Shown here piece by piece: positions 36,689-49,402 of a DNA stretch of 64,000 nucleotides. Made by a program: the position numbers and the translations under genes. This DNA is from Octopus sinensis (lineage: Eukaryota). Each line of letters starts with the position of its first letter. Position 1 is the stretch's first letter. The DNA lies in NCBI RefSeq assembly GCF_006345805.1, contig NC_042999.1:115320001-115384000 (forward strand), in the 5' to 3' direction. The notes under the pieces are model-generated. The model saw only the letters and a list, made by a program, of their open reading frames with translations, ran no database searches and was not told the DNA's origin.

Positions 36689-38559
36689 CAAGGAGTGATT
36701 TTGAAGAAAATGCAAATTAAGTTCTGTTATAAATGAAATTCCATTAAAGAACACCAGTAAAACATATGGAATTTCACTGCATGATTGGAAATATGCACAG
36801 CATTATTAAGAAAATACACACACACAAGCACACAATTTAAGAATTCAATGTAAAGTAGAAGATAGTCATTGATGTGGCTATAATTAATTTTATATCATGC
36901 TTTGTTAGTCATTAAAAAAAATAATATTTGACATATTAAAGCTGGATTGATCAAACTAGTTCTCTTTTCTGTTTTATTATAATTTTTGTTATATGTGGTA
37001 CAGGATTATCAAATGTAAAGTGTACGTGCATGCACGCACACACAAAACCCTGCAAAGTAACTTCGGTTGTTATAACTGATGTGGTTAGAGTAATGCATAA
37101 AAAATTATCTCAACAGAAGGAGAAAAATACATAAAAAGCAAAACACATCTTTTGAGATTTTATGCATTTGTGAAAAGTAAAGATTAACATGAGAAAATGA
37201 TACATTTCAATATAAGACACTGAATGAATGCAGTTTTACATAAATAACTGTTAATGATTGTTTTTATAGAGCACTCAATGTCCATAATAACAGGTTACTT
37301 TCTCATTGACATGACATGAAAAAAGATATTTCCTTCTGTGTAATTTTCTTTGGTAGACAGTTCAAAAGCATGCTACACTTACTAAATGCCTTCCAGAAAT
37401 AAGTGAGCTAATTCTGTCCTAACCTATAAAAATCAGGTTTAAAATGTCTGTCCAGGCTTAACAGCATAATAGACTGGAATTATAAATATAATCAGATTTG
37501 TAATTATAAATGCAGCCAACTGAAATTGATAGGTGTAGGTGGCAAATGAAATGGCATATTTCTGTTATTGAGCCATTCAAATAAATTAAATAACAATATT
37601 ATTCTCTGAGGAAAGTAGTTGTGTAATGATAATCAGCCAGGATGTATACACCCTACAACAGCCTTTTAATACTTTAATACTGAAATATTTCATTATTTAT
37701 ACTAAACTGTTTATTTTATTTGATTATAGTACACACACACATCACTGATAATTTGGAAAAGCATGTATTCATATATAATTTTCATCAATAGTTATAAGCA
37801 TATCAACTGAACATATAGAACAGAGGTTTTTAAATACTGTGATCCAATCGAAGATCATAACAGAGTGTTACAGAATCTTTTCAAAATAATATATTATTAT
37901 AATGTTCCAGAGGAATTACATCACTAAATTTTACAGGTGCAGAATCAAATAATATATAAGTTATAAATAATGTAATGATTTCTAAAATTTTTGTACAAGC
38001 GACATAATATAGAAGGGGTTTGATATTGATTTAATTAAACCCAGTTCTTATTGGTAAATATATTTATATGGAAAGGATAAGATGCTAAATTGGCCTTAGC
38101 AGGATCTGAAATCAGACTGTAAAATGTAACAACTAGACATCATAATTTACTTTTCTGCTACAATACTGCTCTACATTCTAATACTATAACAATAATAACT
38201 AAAGTTAACACTACCTTCTAGTCTAAGTAGGCTTGTAGTAGAGTTCATTCTGTTACAAGTATTATCATTTGACTTTCCACTGTACTTTCCTAGATGCTAA
38301 AACTGAACTTGGTTGGAAAGTTCTCTCTTGTCATCTTGATTCAGCTTAAACAACCACACATTACTTTCTAATATCACATACACCATACATCCTGTTCCTC
38401 TCTGAGTCAACCCCCTTCCCCCATTTATTTATAGTTTATTTCTGCTGTCCAAGCTATGCTTTGTATTCAAATTTCAAATTTGTATTCAAAGGTGGTTTCA
38501 TCTCATATTGAGATTTCACATTCTTCACCTTTCACTTCACTCATACTGTAAAGTAAGAA

Positions 38560-39880
38560 AGCTACTCTAGCTCAAAAACTTCCTTCTCCACTCTTCCAAA
38601 TACTTCTGCTTTCTCCACTACTCTCTGAACTCTTCCCACCACCTATAACTCACTGACCATTAAGAACATTTATTTCACTCCATCCCTCTCTGGTGTGATC
38701 AGTCACCCTCTGTACTTAATGATTGCTTGTGTGGATTTTGTAAAGCATGATTCCCTTTGTTCCACACTAGCTTAATCTAGTGAAAATAGCGTGACTGTTC
38801 ACAACATCAGTGAAACTTTTGAGATATCTAAAATGCAAATTTTCTGGCAAAACTGCTGCCTATGGACTCAAGCTGTCTCTTATTTCTTGGATAGGTGGCT
38901 TCCTATCCCACCACACTACCATGGTGTGTGCTAATGGTGCTCCCTCTTTGACTATGACAATACTAAAAGCAGTGTGCACCAGCATTTGGCTGTGTTTCCA
39001 TCTCCACTCATCCTGCTATACATCAATGACCTACTTATCATCACCTCCAACAAAATCTGTCCCTTTGTAGATGATACCATCCTTCATTCCTAACCTTCTA
39101 AGTTTCATCTATATGCAACCTAGAAACCTCCAACTGAATCTGCACCAATTCTATGAATAGAGATCTCAAAAATATCCTCCAATGGAGTCATGCCAATCTT
39201 GTTTATTTCAACAGCGCAAAGACACAATCACTTCACATATAAAAAAACAAAACAAACTATTTTGTACTCTTACCCCCAAAACATAAATAGCATGCAGTGA
39301 GAACCTTGTGGTCACTAGAAATGCTTGACCTTAGAATTACTGAAGATCTCTTATAAATGCACATCCACAACAAAGCCAAAACTGCCTTCAAAAGACTGGT
39401 CATCGTCCTCAGAGCCAGAAAATATTTCAGCCCTCATCAACTGCTAACTCTCTACAAGGCTCAGGTCACATTTACAATGGAGTACTCACATCAGGGACAG
39501 TGCTGTTGCTACACATAAACATTCTAGAATGTATCTAAATAAAGGCCACTGGATTGATTGATATAAAGTCACTCATCAACATAAACAATTAGTACTTTTT
39601 CTATAACTACTACAATGGCTTTTGTTACTTGCACTGACAGGTCTCATGCAACCCCCACTCAGACATTTTTGACTTACATATCTATCTTCCTCCCACTGCC
39701 TATATTGTATCCACCCACCTCAGGCCCTGCACTAACTGATATACCCAGTAGCCTCCCAGAAGCTTAGGCATATGGAATTCCTTCTCTGTACATGTTTATT
39801 CTGCAGTCATTAGCTTACTAATGTCCATGAGTACTATTAACAGCATTCATACTATCAGTCTCAAAAGGCCTGTGAGGATT
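38560..39880 (+). mobile_element. Decayed CR1/L2-group LINE fragment (RT and 3' region)
   Basis: Broken RT-like motifs (AYGLKLSLISWIGGFL, YINDL, FVDD, LLTLYKAQV.FTMEY) with stops and frameshifts. Confidence 0.72.
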
Positions 39881-42663
39881 AGAGGTACTACCCCTCCCCC
39901 TACACCATATAAGAAAAGGGGTGGGGTCTAAATGTTTGAAATAAGTTGTTATTTACATAATTTTCTGGAGTATTGAATTAAAATTTAATGGTATACATAT
40001 AATATTAATATAATATTTACATCGATATTGTGTTTTGATTAGTTCAATCTCTAGTAATCAAGAAAGTTTTGTTATTGAATATGTACTGTGTCACATACTT
40101 GATTTGAACCTTTGTAAATTAAGTGAAGCATTATCCTTATTCTTTAGATCACTGGTGCAGCTAGTTCTGAGTTTAAATTCAGTATAGGACTACATACCTG
40201 TCTAGGAATAAGATACTTTATAATTAGAGATTAAATTAATTGAAATTCAATAGAAATTAGGTTGATAGTCTGCAATATTATAATTTCTTATATAGGCACA
40301 AGGTCAGAAATTTTTGTGGAGAAGTTGATTACATTAACCAGTACTTGACAGGTACTTTATTACATCCTCCCTCCCACCACCTCAGGAAAAATGAAAGAAA
40401 TTGACCTTGGAGAGATTTGAATTCAGAATGTAAAGAGCTATAACTAAATATTGCCAAACATTTTACCCAATGCTCTAATGATTCTGCCAATCCACTACCC
40501 TCTTAATCATAATAATAACTAAATTTTCAAATAACTATTTTTAATTTGTTTTCCAAAAATATCTCTAATGTATTTTAAAATTCATCTAATTTATTATTTT
40601 TTTCCCTGGGAGAAAAAATAGCCTGATGGAAAATACAAATGTAGTCTCAGTCTGAATTTCTAAATGAGATTATAAAACATTTATAAACCTTTTAACTGCA
40701 AAATTAAATTTTATGGTTATGCCAACAATAATGTTAAATATCTACCATAAATAGAAGTGGTATTTTCTGCAAGTCCTATTACCTCAATAAACTTGATATA
40801 TTTCATCAAAAAACAGTTTCAAATAAAACATTCATTAACAAAAGACAGATTGGTACATATAAAAATGTTGTTAAGAGTAATAACATTTTGAGTGGTTATA
40901 TCTAATTTCTACAGTAAAAGTGTTGAGTGCCCATAAGGACTTACCACCAAATCTGAAACATCAGGTTATATTATGTTTTATACCAATCTTCAAAGAAAAC
41001 ACTGATATAATCATTTGTTGTTTCTTAAAATGTGAGAAACATGCTATTAACATAAGTAATGACATTATTAAAATTTTGAATTTCATCAAGTCTAGTACTA
41101 AATTAAAAAAGGTTTCACAAATATGATTACAATGAAGGGATTAAAAATCATATGAATTACCAACATAACTTGCATCTATTCTAGCCCATAAATAGTACAT
41201 TAAACTTGGAATGTCATTCCTACAAAACTGAAGTAAACTTTACTTTTTTTCTTGTGTTGTCCAACTCTGAATAACCTAATATTTCAATTCTGAATGTACA
41301 TTCTATCTGTGATTACCTCATCAATTATTTTTCTTCTAAAATTTTAATCTTTACTGCTTAAAAAAAGGAAAAATACAAAAGCAGCACCCTTAAAAATGTC
41401 ATCCAACTTTTCTCTAAAATCTTTATTCACTAACAAGTTGCAATAAGTAGCTCACTAATATATTGAGTCCCCGCATATCATCTACAATGATTATCATAAT
41501 GATCTATGTTCAACTGAACTTGCTATTTTTATTACTACCACCTAAACTTCCATAGTTCATCGACCCCTCTTCTATATTCAACTCTTTGGCCAATTCTATT
41601 TTCTCAGAACTGCAACGTTCTTGAATTTATTCTTCACTCATACATCCCTTTCATCAAATATTGACCTGCAGAAGTTAAAGTTAAACATCAACTGCATTGT
41701 CCTTAGTTGTTTGGGCCATGTCCAACCCTATTACTGAGACAATACAATTAAAAGAAATAATTATACTATATAATTTGAGAAGGTAAATATTTATGAAGAA
41801 ACAAAATACTTCACCAATTAAGTTCTTTGACATTTAATACATTACATACAGTGAACAATACATATTTGAATGGGTGCAGTCTTACAATAATCAATTCAAA
41901 AGTAGTTGGTTCTTTGCTTTTTCATTATCTCTCAGAGAATTCTAAGAGGCTTTTCAGTAAACTTCAGGATGACAAGGAAATTATATTTTGGCTTGCTGCT
42001 TAAACTTAATACAGCATATATTCATGATTTTATAAGTCTTTCAAAGCTTTTATCAGTAGGTTAAAGTTTATCTCTTCGTAAATTACAAAGGTCTATAAGG
42101 TTAGTAGTATTTAACTCTGGGTTCTGCAACATTAAACAAATGAAAGATAAATCTCATGCAAGTAACTTTCTAAGAAAAGCAATAGTACCTATTTTCAACA
42201 CATCAGTTGAATTGATTAAAAACACATGGGCATAAAGCATAAATTTGGGCAATTTATATGCCAGGTTCAAACTACTTCAGAATGAAAGAGAGACATTCTA
42301 ATTCCAGTACTTAAATTGAATGAACTAAATTATCTAAGACAATCTGCATTTTCAAATAGCTTCTGAAGAATGAAAATAAGATTTGTGTCGAATGAGTAGA
42401 ATTAATAAACGAAAATAAATTATAATATTAAATAGTCTGGGTCAGACTTAAAATTGAAAACATTTTTTTTTTTCATTTCATAAATATTTATGAAAACAAA
42501 GTAAGCTTATTCTGCTGAACAGACTTTATTGTTGAAAAAATCTGGTTTAAGAAACTAAATTGAGAATATTTTCTTACTGTTATTTTAGTTCAGTTTAAAA
42601 AAATAGACTCCTGTGAGAATGGTGTAACAATGAAAATATTATAGAATCATGTGTTATACTTAC

Positions 42664-42722
42664 GGAAAACTAATGGTATTCCTCCCCGAATAGCTTTCAA
42701 GTTATCAAATATGGCATTTTTA
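42664..42722 (-). CDS. G6P 1-epimerase exon: (S)KNAIFDNLKAIRGGIPLVF(P)
   Basis: ttttacAG / GTaagt; 59 nt, phase 2 to 1; family signature KAIRGGIP(L/I)xFP. Confidence 0.95.
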
Positions 42723-43903
42723 CTGTAAAAGGAATTTAGATATTTTCATTAATAGTACAATTTATCATTTATATTTTGTTATCATTTCAATAACTTCTAA
42801 AGCAGGAAAAAGAAATAAAAGTTATTATTAATAAGACAAACATGCTGAAGAAAAATCAGCATAACAAATTCTTAATTAGTTAATGGCTTAATGCAAGATT
42901 ATACTGAGAAATAAGCACATGACCTGGAAGAAAAAAATGATTCATCTGCTTCAAGATGCAGTTAGACATGAATGATGTTAATTTATATTTTAATCAAGTG
43001 ACTGTTATGTTAATCAAACTGCCTAAACTGTCTTTTAAAATGATGGGGATAGCAAAGGATAGAACAAAGTGTTTTATTCAGTTTCAGTGTCTTGTATATC
43101 AGAGTTCTAATTCCACCTTGGCTGGCTATACCTTTCTTCTATCTATGGTTGAGGAATTCAATACCATTAATATATGAACTGATTCACATAGCTGCTTACT
43201 CTCCACATAAGATGGTGAGTTGGTAAAGTTATTACATCAGACAAGATGCCTTATGGTATTTGTTCCAGTTCTCTGCCTTCCAAGTTCTAATCCTGCAAGG
43301 TTTACTTTCCCCTATCCTTTCGGAGTCAGATAAAATACCAGGTCAGCACTGGGGAAAACTTTTCTTCTCTCTCTTACTTTCATTCTCTTTCTCTTCTCTG
43401 GAAAATTAGTTATGCTCAAATCTGGACAGGGAATGGGTTCTGCTAGATTTAAAATACCCAAGACACATCATATGTCATAATGATGATCCTCTGACTCCAT
43501 TAGAAGAAGAATCCAAAGAAAAAAGAAAGATAGTTACCATACAGAAAAAATTGGCACATGTCCCCATCATAATTGTTATTATAAATTTATAGCATTGGGC
43601 ATTTTTAGAAATAATTATTAGGGTGGTGAGTTGATAGAATCATAAAATTGACAAATAAAATATGTTGCAGGTCTTGCTTCAAGTGTATGATCAGTCTTTA
43701 TTCTTTTACTCTTTTACTCTCATACTTGTTTTGGTCATTTGACTGTGGCCATGCTGGAGCACTGCCTTTAGTCGAACAAATCGACCCCAGGACTTATTCT
43801 TTGTAAGCCTAGTATTTATTCTATCGGTCTCTTTTACTGAACTGCTAAGTTACGGGGACATATACACACCAGCATCGGTTGTCAAGCAATGTTGGTGGGA
43901 CAA

Positions 43904-43950
<47 letters not shown>

Positions 43951-44329
43951 CGACGGGCTTCTTTCTGTTTCCATCTACCAAATCCAGTCATGAGACTTTG
44001 GTTAACCCGAGGCTAGAGTAGAAGACACTTGCCCAAGGTGCCATGTAGTGGGAGGACTGAACCCGGAACCATGTGGTTGGTAAGCAAGCTACTTACCACA
44101 CACCCACTCCTACGCCTATAGATAAGTCCCATAAAATTCTGTGGTTATTATTCTCCATCAGAGCTATGGCATATGTTCATAACACTTTTCTGCTTTTTGG
44201 AATCTACATACATACTCAGTTAACATCCCAATGCACTCTTTTACTGATACAATCATGCTGTATTCTTTTTGCACTAGCTTACTGCATTCATTTAAGTGAT
44301 GGTTAATACTTTTGTCTTCTTGTCCCTAG

Positions 44330-44860
44330 ATTCTACATTTGCTCTCTAACTGAAGTTTATCAATCTTTGTTTTCATCAAATTCATTCTAATAGTTTGTTC
44401 CTGAACAGCTACAATTAGAAATTCAGTTTCTTGCTATAGGTTTCCAGCTGTCAGCCACAACCAACATTCCTGACTTCCAACATCCTTGATTGGGTGCATG
44501 AATTGGCCATTTAATTCCTTCTCTTTCCAGCTATTTTTCCTTTTGTTCTTCCTTCAGTTCTTGAATTTTCCTACTGTTTCAATAACTTTTTTTTTGATAT
44601 TTCTATAATAGCATTCTTTCTTCAGTGAGTACAACATTTTTTCAAACTCAGTATCTTAATACTAATGGTGTCTTTTGTGTTTAACAATCCTCTTCTCCCT
44701 TCCTTTCATGGTAGGTAGAGCCTGTCAATATTACTTTTAGGGTGGTGTGCATTGTGCATTTTGAGCAGCTTCCTAGTTCTTCTGTTTAATTCCTTTAACT
44801 CTGTCATTGTCAATTCTAGCACAAGAGCTGAGTATCTTAATATTGGGTATGGCCTATGTA
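44330..44860 (-). mobile_element. R4/Dong-like non-LTR retrotransposon fragment (post-RT region)
   Basis: LRYSA...ELKELNRRTRKLLKMHNAHHPKSNIDRLYLP*KEGRRGL, characteristic of REL-endonuclease non-LTR elements. Confidence 0.75.
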
Positions 44861-45060
44861 TTCCTTGTTTTGGTAATATTCCCTCCATCATCAATGAAAA
44901 AATAACAGAGATAATCTCAAACTTGATGTGTGGGATAAAAAAAAAAAAACGTTTTTCTAACATCAGAAAACACTTTTATTCATATAAATAGAAATATTCA
45001 TATCTTGAGAATTTGAAATGATTCTTCATCAATAAAAACTTTTATACTACATTATTATTA

Positions 45061-45244
45061 CAGTGATCCCTCAACTATTGTGGGTGTTATGTTCTAAATA
45101 CCTCTGTGATAGGTGAAAATCAGTGAAGTAGAAACAGTACTGTACTGAATATTAAAAATTTGTATCTATTCATTTTATTATAAAGGCAAAAAAAAAAAGA
45201 AATGGAGGAATCTACATAAACTGTGATATTGCAAGGGTTTACTG
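45061..45244. mobile_element. Tigger/pogo-type MITE with TA target duplication
   Basis: TA|CAGTGATCCCTC...; ...GCAAGGGTTTACTG|TA. Confidence 0.7.
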
Positions 45245-46389
45245 TAATTAAAAAACAAAATCAGTGAGAATTCTGGGAAATAAAGTTATGACTTCTCTTT
45301 AATGCTAGGTACTTTTTTATCATTCTACAGGCCCTTCACTGACTTTTAATCTCACAGGATATTCAATGCATAATCACAGCATAACATTTGGGTGGCTGAT
45401 GTCACTTGATTAATTGGTTTTTAAATTGTTTTTTATAAAAATATTTCAGAATAAAGATGTTTTAAATTACTGAGATAATTAGAAATACATGTGCTACTGA
45501 TTAAAATATTCATTATATGAATAAATTATAATTAGGGTGATACAACTTATATTAAACTTTATTAAGTTGAGATATATATTTGTAAACAACAATTCAAGAG
45601 TGAAAAATAATGTGCTAATAAGAATGAATATATCTTTTTTCTCATTATTTTTCTTTTTGTCCAGGTAGATACACTAGTTAGTCATTTGTGCCACAATAAA
45701 ATGCACCTAATTCGTTCTGTAAACTAGTTGGCAAATGAAATAGAGTTACTGTAAGATAGAGAGGACTCGTTAATCTTGCTGCAGATAAAACATCTTTACT
45801 GCTGATATATGAATAAAATACATTCAGTACATTCTTTAGAGGATGACATTAGAATGGTTATCAGCTGAAGAAATAAGGCCAAAATATGGAATGTACGAGT
45901 GAGATATAGTTCCCAACCCATTTAGGAGGACAGTAACTCAAAAGAAGAACGAAATCTAGCTGTGACAGCCCAATCAATGCCAATATAAGAATGACGATGT
46001 TTTTTTTATAACCATGTTGTATCAAACTTCTTATACATGCTTTGTGAAATTTGCTTTTTGTATGACAATACATCACCTTTGTTGCTGACGTAACTGCTCT
46101 CTGATCTTTTTTTTACCACTTCCCTACTCTGGCTACTCAACTTTTATTACAACTACTAATTATATTATTTTGATGAAATATATATATATTTCAAAGCTAT
46201 GTCTCGTGAGCCATCTAAGCAGAACAAGGATTTAATTTCACACTGATAACTACTGTGGTAGTTACTTCAGTACACCAAGAAGATCTGAAACCCCAGGTTT
46301 CTATAACTCTGCTAAGAGACAAAGAGAAAGCAGTATTATTTCACCAAGGGCATAACCATTATCTCACTGTGTACTCATTGTCAAGTTCT

Positions 46390-46825
46390 TACATTTGACC
46401 ATACTGATAAATGGTATGAACATGAACCTAGTAAAGCACTAGAAAACAAGAAATATAAGATGTTGCGGGACATTAACATTAAGATGGACAGAATACTAGA
46501 AGCCAGAAGGCCTGATTTAGTAGTAGTGGATAAAGAGAATAGAAAGTGCCAGATAATTGACTTTACAGTCCCAAATGATGAAAAAGTCAATGTAGAGAAA
46601 ATAGCAAAGTACCAGGACCTAGCCATTGAGTTACAGAAACTATGGATTTCAACAGATAGATAGAGGAAACAGCCATAAAACCTAGTTTAGTACAGAACTA
46701 GAAAACAGTGTTATTAGGGACAGCTAGGATACTTAGGAGGGTCCTTGGCATCTGAGGTTACTTGTTGTAGTCTGATGTTAGGAAACTTTCTTTTCAAACA
46801 GTCTAATCTGTTGAGTGTATATGAA
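46390..46825 (+). mobile_element. R4/Dong-like element 3' end with restriction-like endonuclease (PD-D/ExK) domain, ending in an AAT/GAT repeat
   Basis: WYEHEP...D..I..DRILEARRPDLVVVDK...IIDFTVP.D...EKIAKYQDLAIELQKLW. Confidence 0.82.
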
Positions 46826-47092
46826 ATAATAATGATAATAATGATAATGATAATAATAACGATGATGATTATGATGATGATTCTTTCAACAATAGGCACA
46901 ATTCTGGGAAAGGAGTCTCGTAGATTATATCAACCCCAGTGCTCAACTGGTACTTGTTTCAGTGACCTCAAAAGGATGAAAGGCAAAGTCAACTTGATGG
47001 AATTTGCATCCAGAATGTAAAGCTGGAAGAAATGCGTCATAGCAGTTTGGTGTGCTAATGATTTTGCCAGCATACATCGCCCCTCCTCCTCC

Positions 47093-47155
<63 letters not shown>

Positions 47156-47877
47156 TTTGAACTTTGACACAAGGTTACCCATTTTCCAGGTAGAAAGGGA
47201 AGGTCAAAAAATTATTCACCAGCCATTTACACGTATTTACATTAGTCATTCCAAAATGCTGAAAAACACAGCCTACCCCACTTTGCAACTTGGATTTGAA
47301 TGAAGAACATGAAAAACATAACTAAATACCACAAAGTACCTAGTCTGACATACTACTGTTTCAGCTAATCATTAATAACAAGACACAACATCAAAAGCCA
47401 TAGGAACATGATTTGCATTCTTATTACTATATTATGCCCAACAGACATATACATTGAAATAAAGGTGGTAGGAAAGCTATTGAAAGTACAATCTTGATTT
47501 ATTACAGAAAGAATGCAACCTAATAAAGTATTAGAAATTTTTATTACACTTGTAATCTTTACAAGTTACATTCACTTTTTGTCTGTAAAGGTTATGTTTA
47601 TTCAAAAGACAATTATTTCATCTTTTGTTACCTGTATCATTTCAATCCTAAGGTATTCTACTTAACACTAAGCTGATTTATTTTCCCCAAATGACAAATC
47701 TCTTTGCAAGTAATTTCTTACTAATGCTCAGTCTCTAATCTTTTCCCCTTCAATCAAAATATTAATGACACTGATGTCAAAATATCACTTACACATTCAA
47801 GTTTAAGATATCCTTTTCAGTTTGCTGTAAAGACTTTCTTTTTATTATTTTAGCACGATATATATACACATATATAA

Positions 47878-48694
47878 AATAAAAATTAATCAAGATCAGG
47901 AGAACGGTGATTTGCACATCCAAGTGTTATTACATAGTTAATCCCATTGTTCTTTGTCAAGACCTATGCATGTTTCTGCTGCAATCCAGTGCACACTGTT
48001 AAGTGTGCATCTTGGTGTTAATTATTTGTGCAACTTCGTCAGGTCTAGTGTTGCTGTTGGTCCAATATCACTGAAAGAGAGTAATGAGCTTGACCAAAAT
48101 TATTCCCTTATGTGGTGTTAGCATTACTATAAATAGTCATATATCTTGTGAACTTTATATTACCCTGGCCACTTTGGAATTTATGGCTAGATTTTGTCTT
48201 AAAATAGGTCACTGTTCAAGTATATTCCTATAATTCTTAATTCATATTCTAGCTTACCATTGTACTCATGTAGAACAATATTCTTATTTTTTCAAAGGTA
48301 TCCAATTTCTATTTGGTTTGTTATTGTTATGGGTCTATTATTTTCTTGTCATTTTGAAAAATTAATATCTTTCTTACAGTTAATTTTATTCAACTTAAAC
48401 TTCATTTTCAACTCTCCAAAATTTTATCTAGTTTAATTTTGTTTTTTCTATGTTCTAAGTTGCTTACTCTATTATGATTTTCAACATTTTAGGTACCACT
48501 TTCTGTTAGTCCTCATTATTTCTCTAGCATTAATTCTCCTATTGCTTTACAGTTGGTTTTTATCTCTGTTTTGATTACTTACTTTCCCAGTGCACTGGAT
48601 TGCCGTGGAAATGTGTGTAGGTCTTGATGAAGAACTGTATAATAAAACTTGGAAGTGCAAATCTCTGTTTTCCTGATCTTGATTAATTTTTATT
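47878..48694. mobile_element. Inverted-repeat-bounded Penelope-like remnant (arms about 47878-47995 and 48590-48694)
   Basis: aataaaaattaatcaagatcagg... vs ...cctgatcttgattaatttttatt; a hammerhead-like CTGACGA...GAAACATGCATAGGTC reads on the minus strand at 48042-47960. Confidence 0.65.
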
Positions 48695-48892
48695 ATTGTT
48701 TTAATCTATGGACCTATGGACACTATGCAGTCCTTATAAGGACATTAGGATTTACCAAGTGACAATTTACTGAGTATAATAAATTTTAATTAACATGAGT
48801 TTCATCAACATTCACTGTGGCTAGCCAGCATTGATAACTGATAAGAGTGAACATGGTATCTGCTAGGATTATATATCTCCATAAACCGTTTT

Positions 48893-48937
<45 letters not shown>

Positions 48938-49237
48938 TATTTATTCACATACACACATGATCTGATGAATAAGTATTGAGACTGGTGCTCTAAAAAGAAA
49001 ACTACAACACATGAACAATTCAGCATTTAATCTCCTCCAAAGTAGTCTTCTTAAGCCACATACTTTATTCAGCATTGTTTCCATTGATGGAAGCATTTCT
49101 GGATCTTTTCTTTTGGAGGATAGCAAGCAGCTACCTTGTTGCATTCTCTTGTATTTCTTCAACATCTTGAAATCTTGTTGGGGTCTTCCACAGTGAAGAC
49201 TGAGCCTTAGTTTTGGGGATATAGCAATAGACCTACA

Positions 49238-49277
<40 letters not shown>

Positions 49278-49336
49278 TAACAATGGAAAACTGTCTTCAC
49301 TAAAAACTGAAAAAGGTATCTTAAACTTGAATTAGT

Positions 49337-49402
<66 letters not shown>

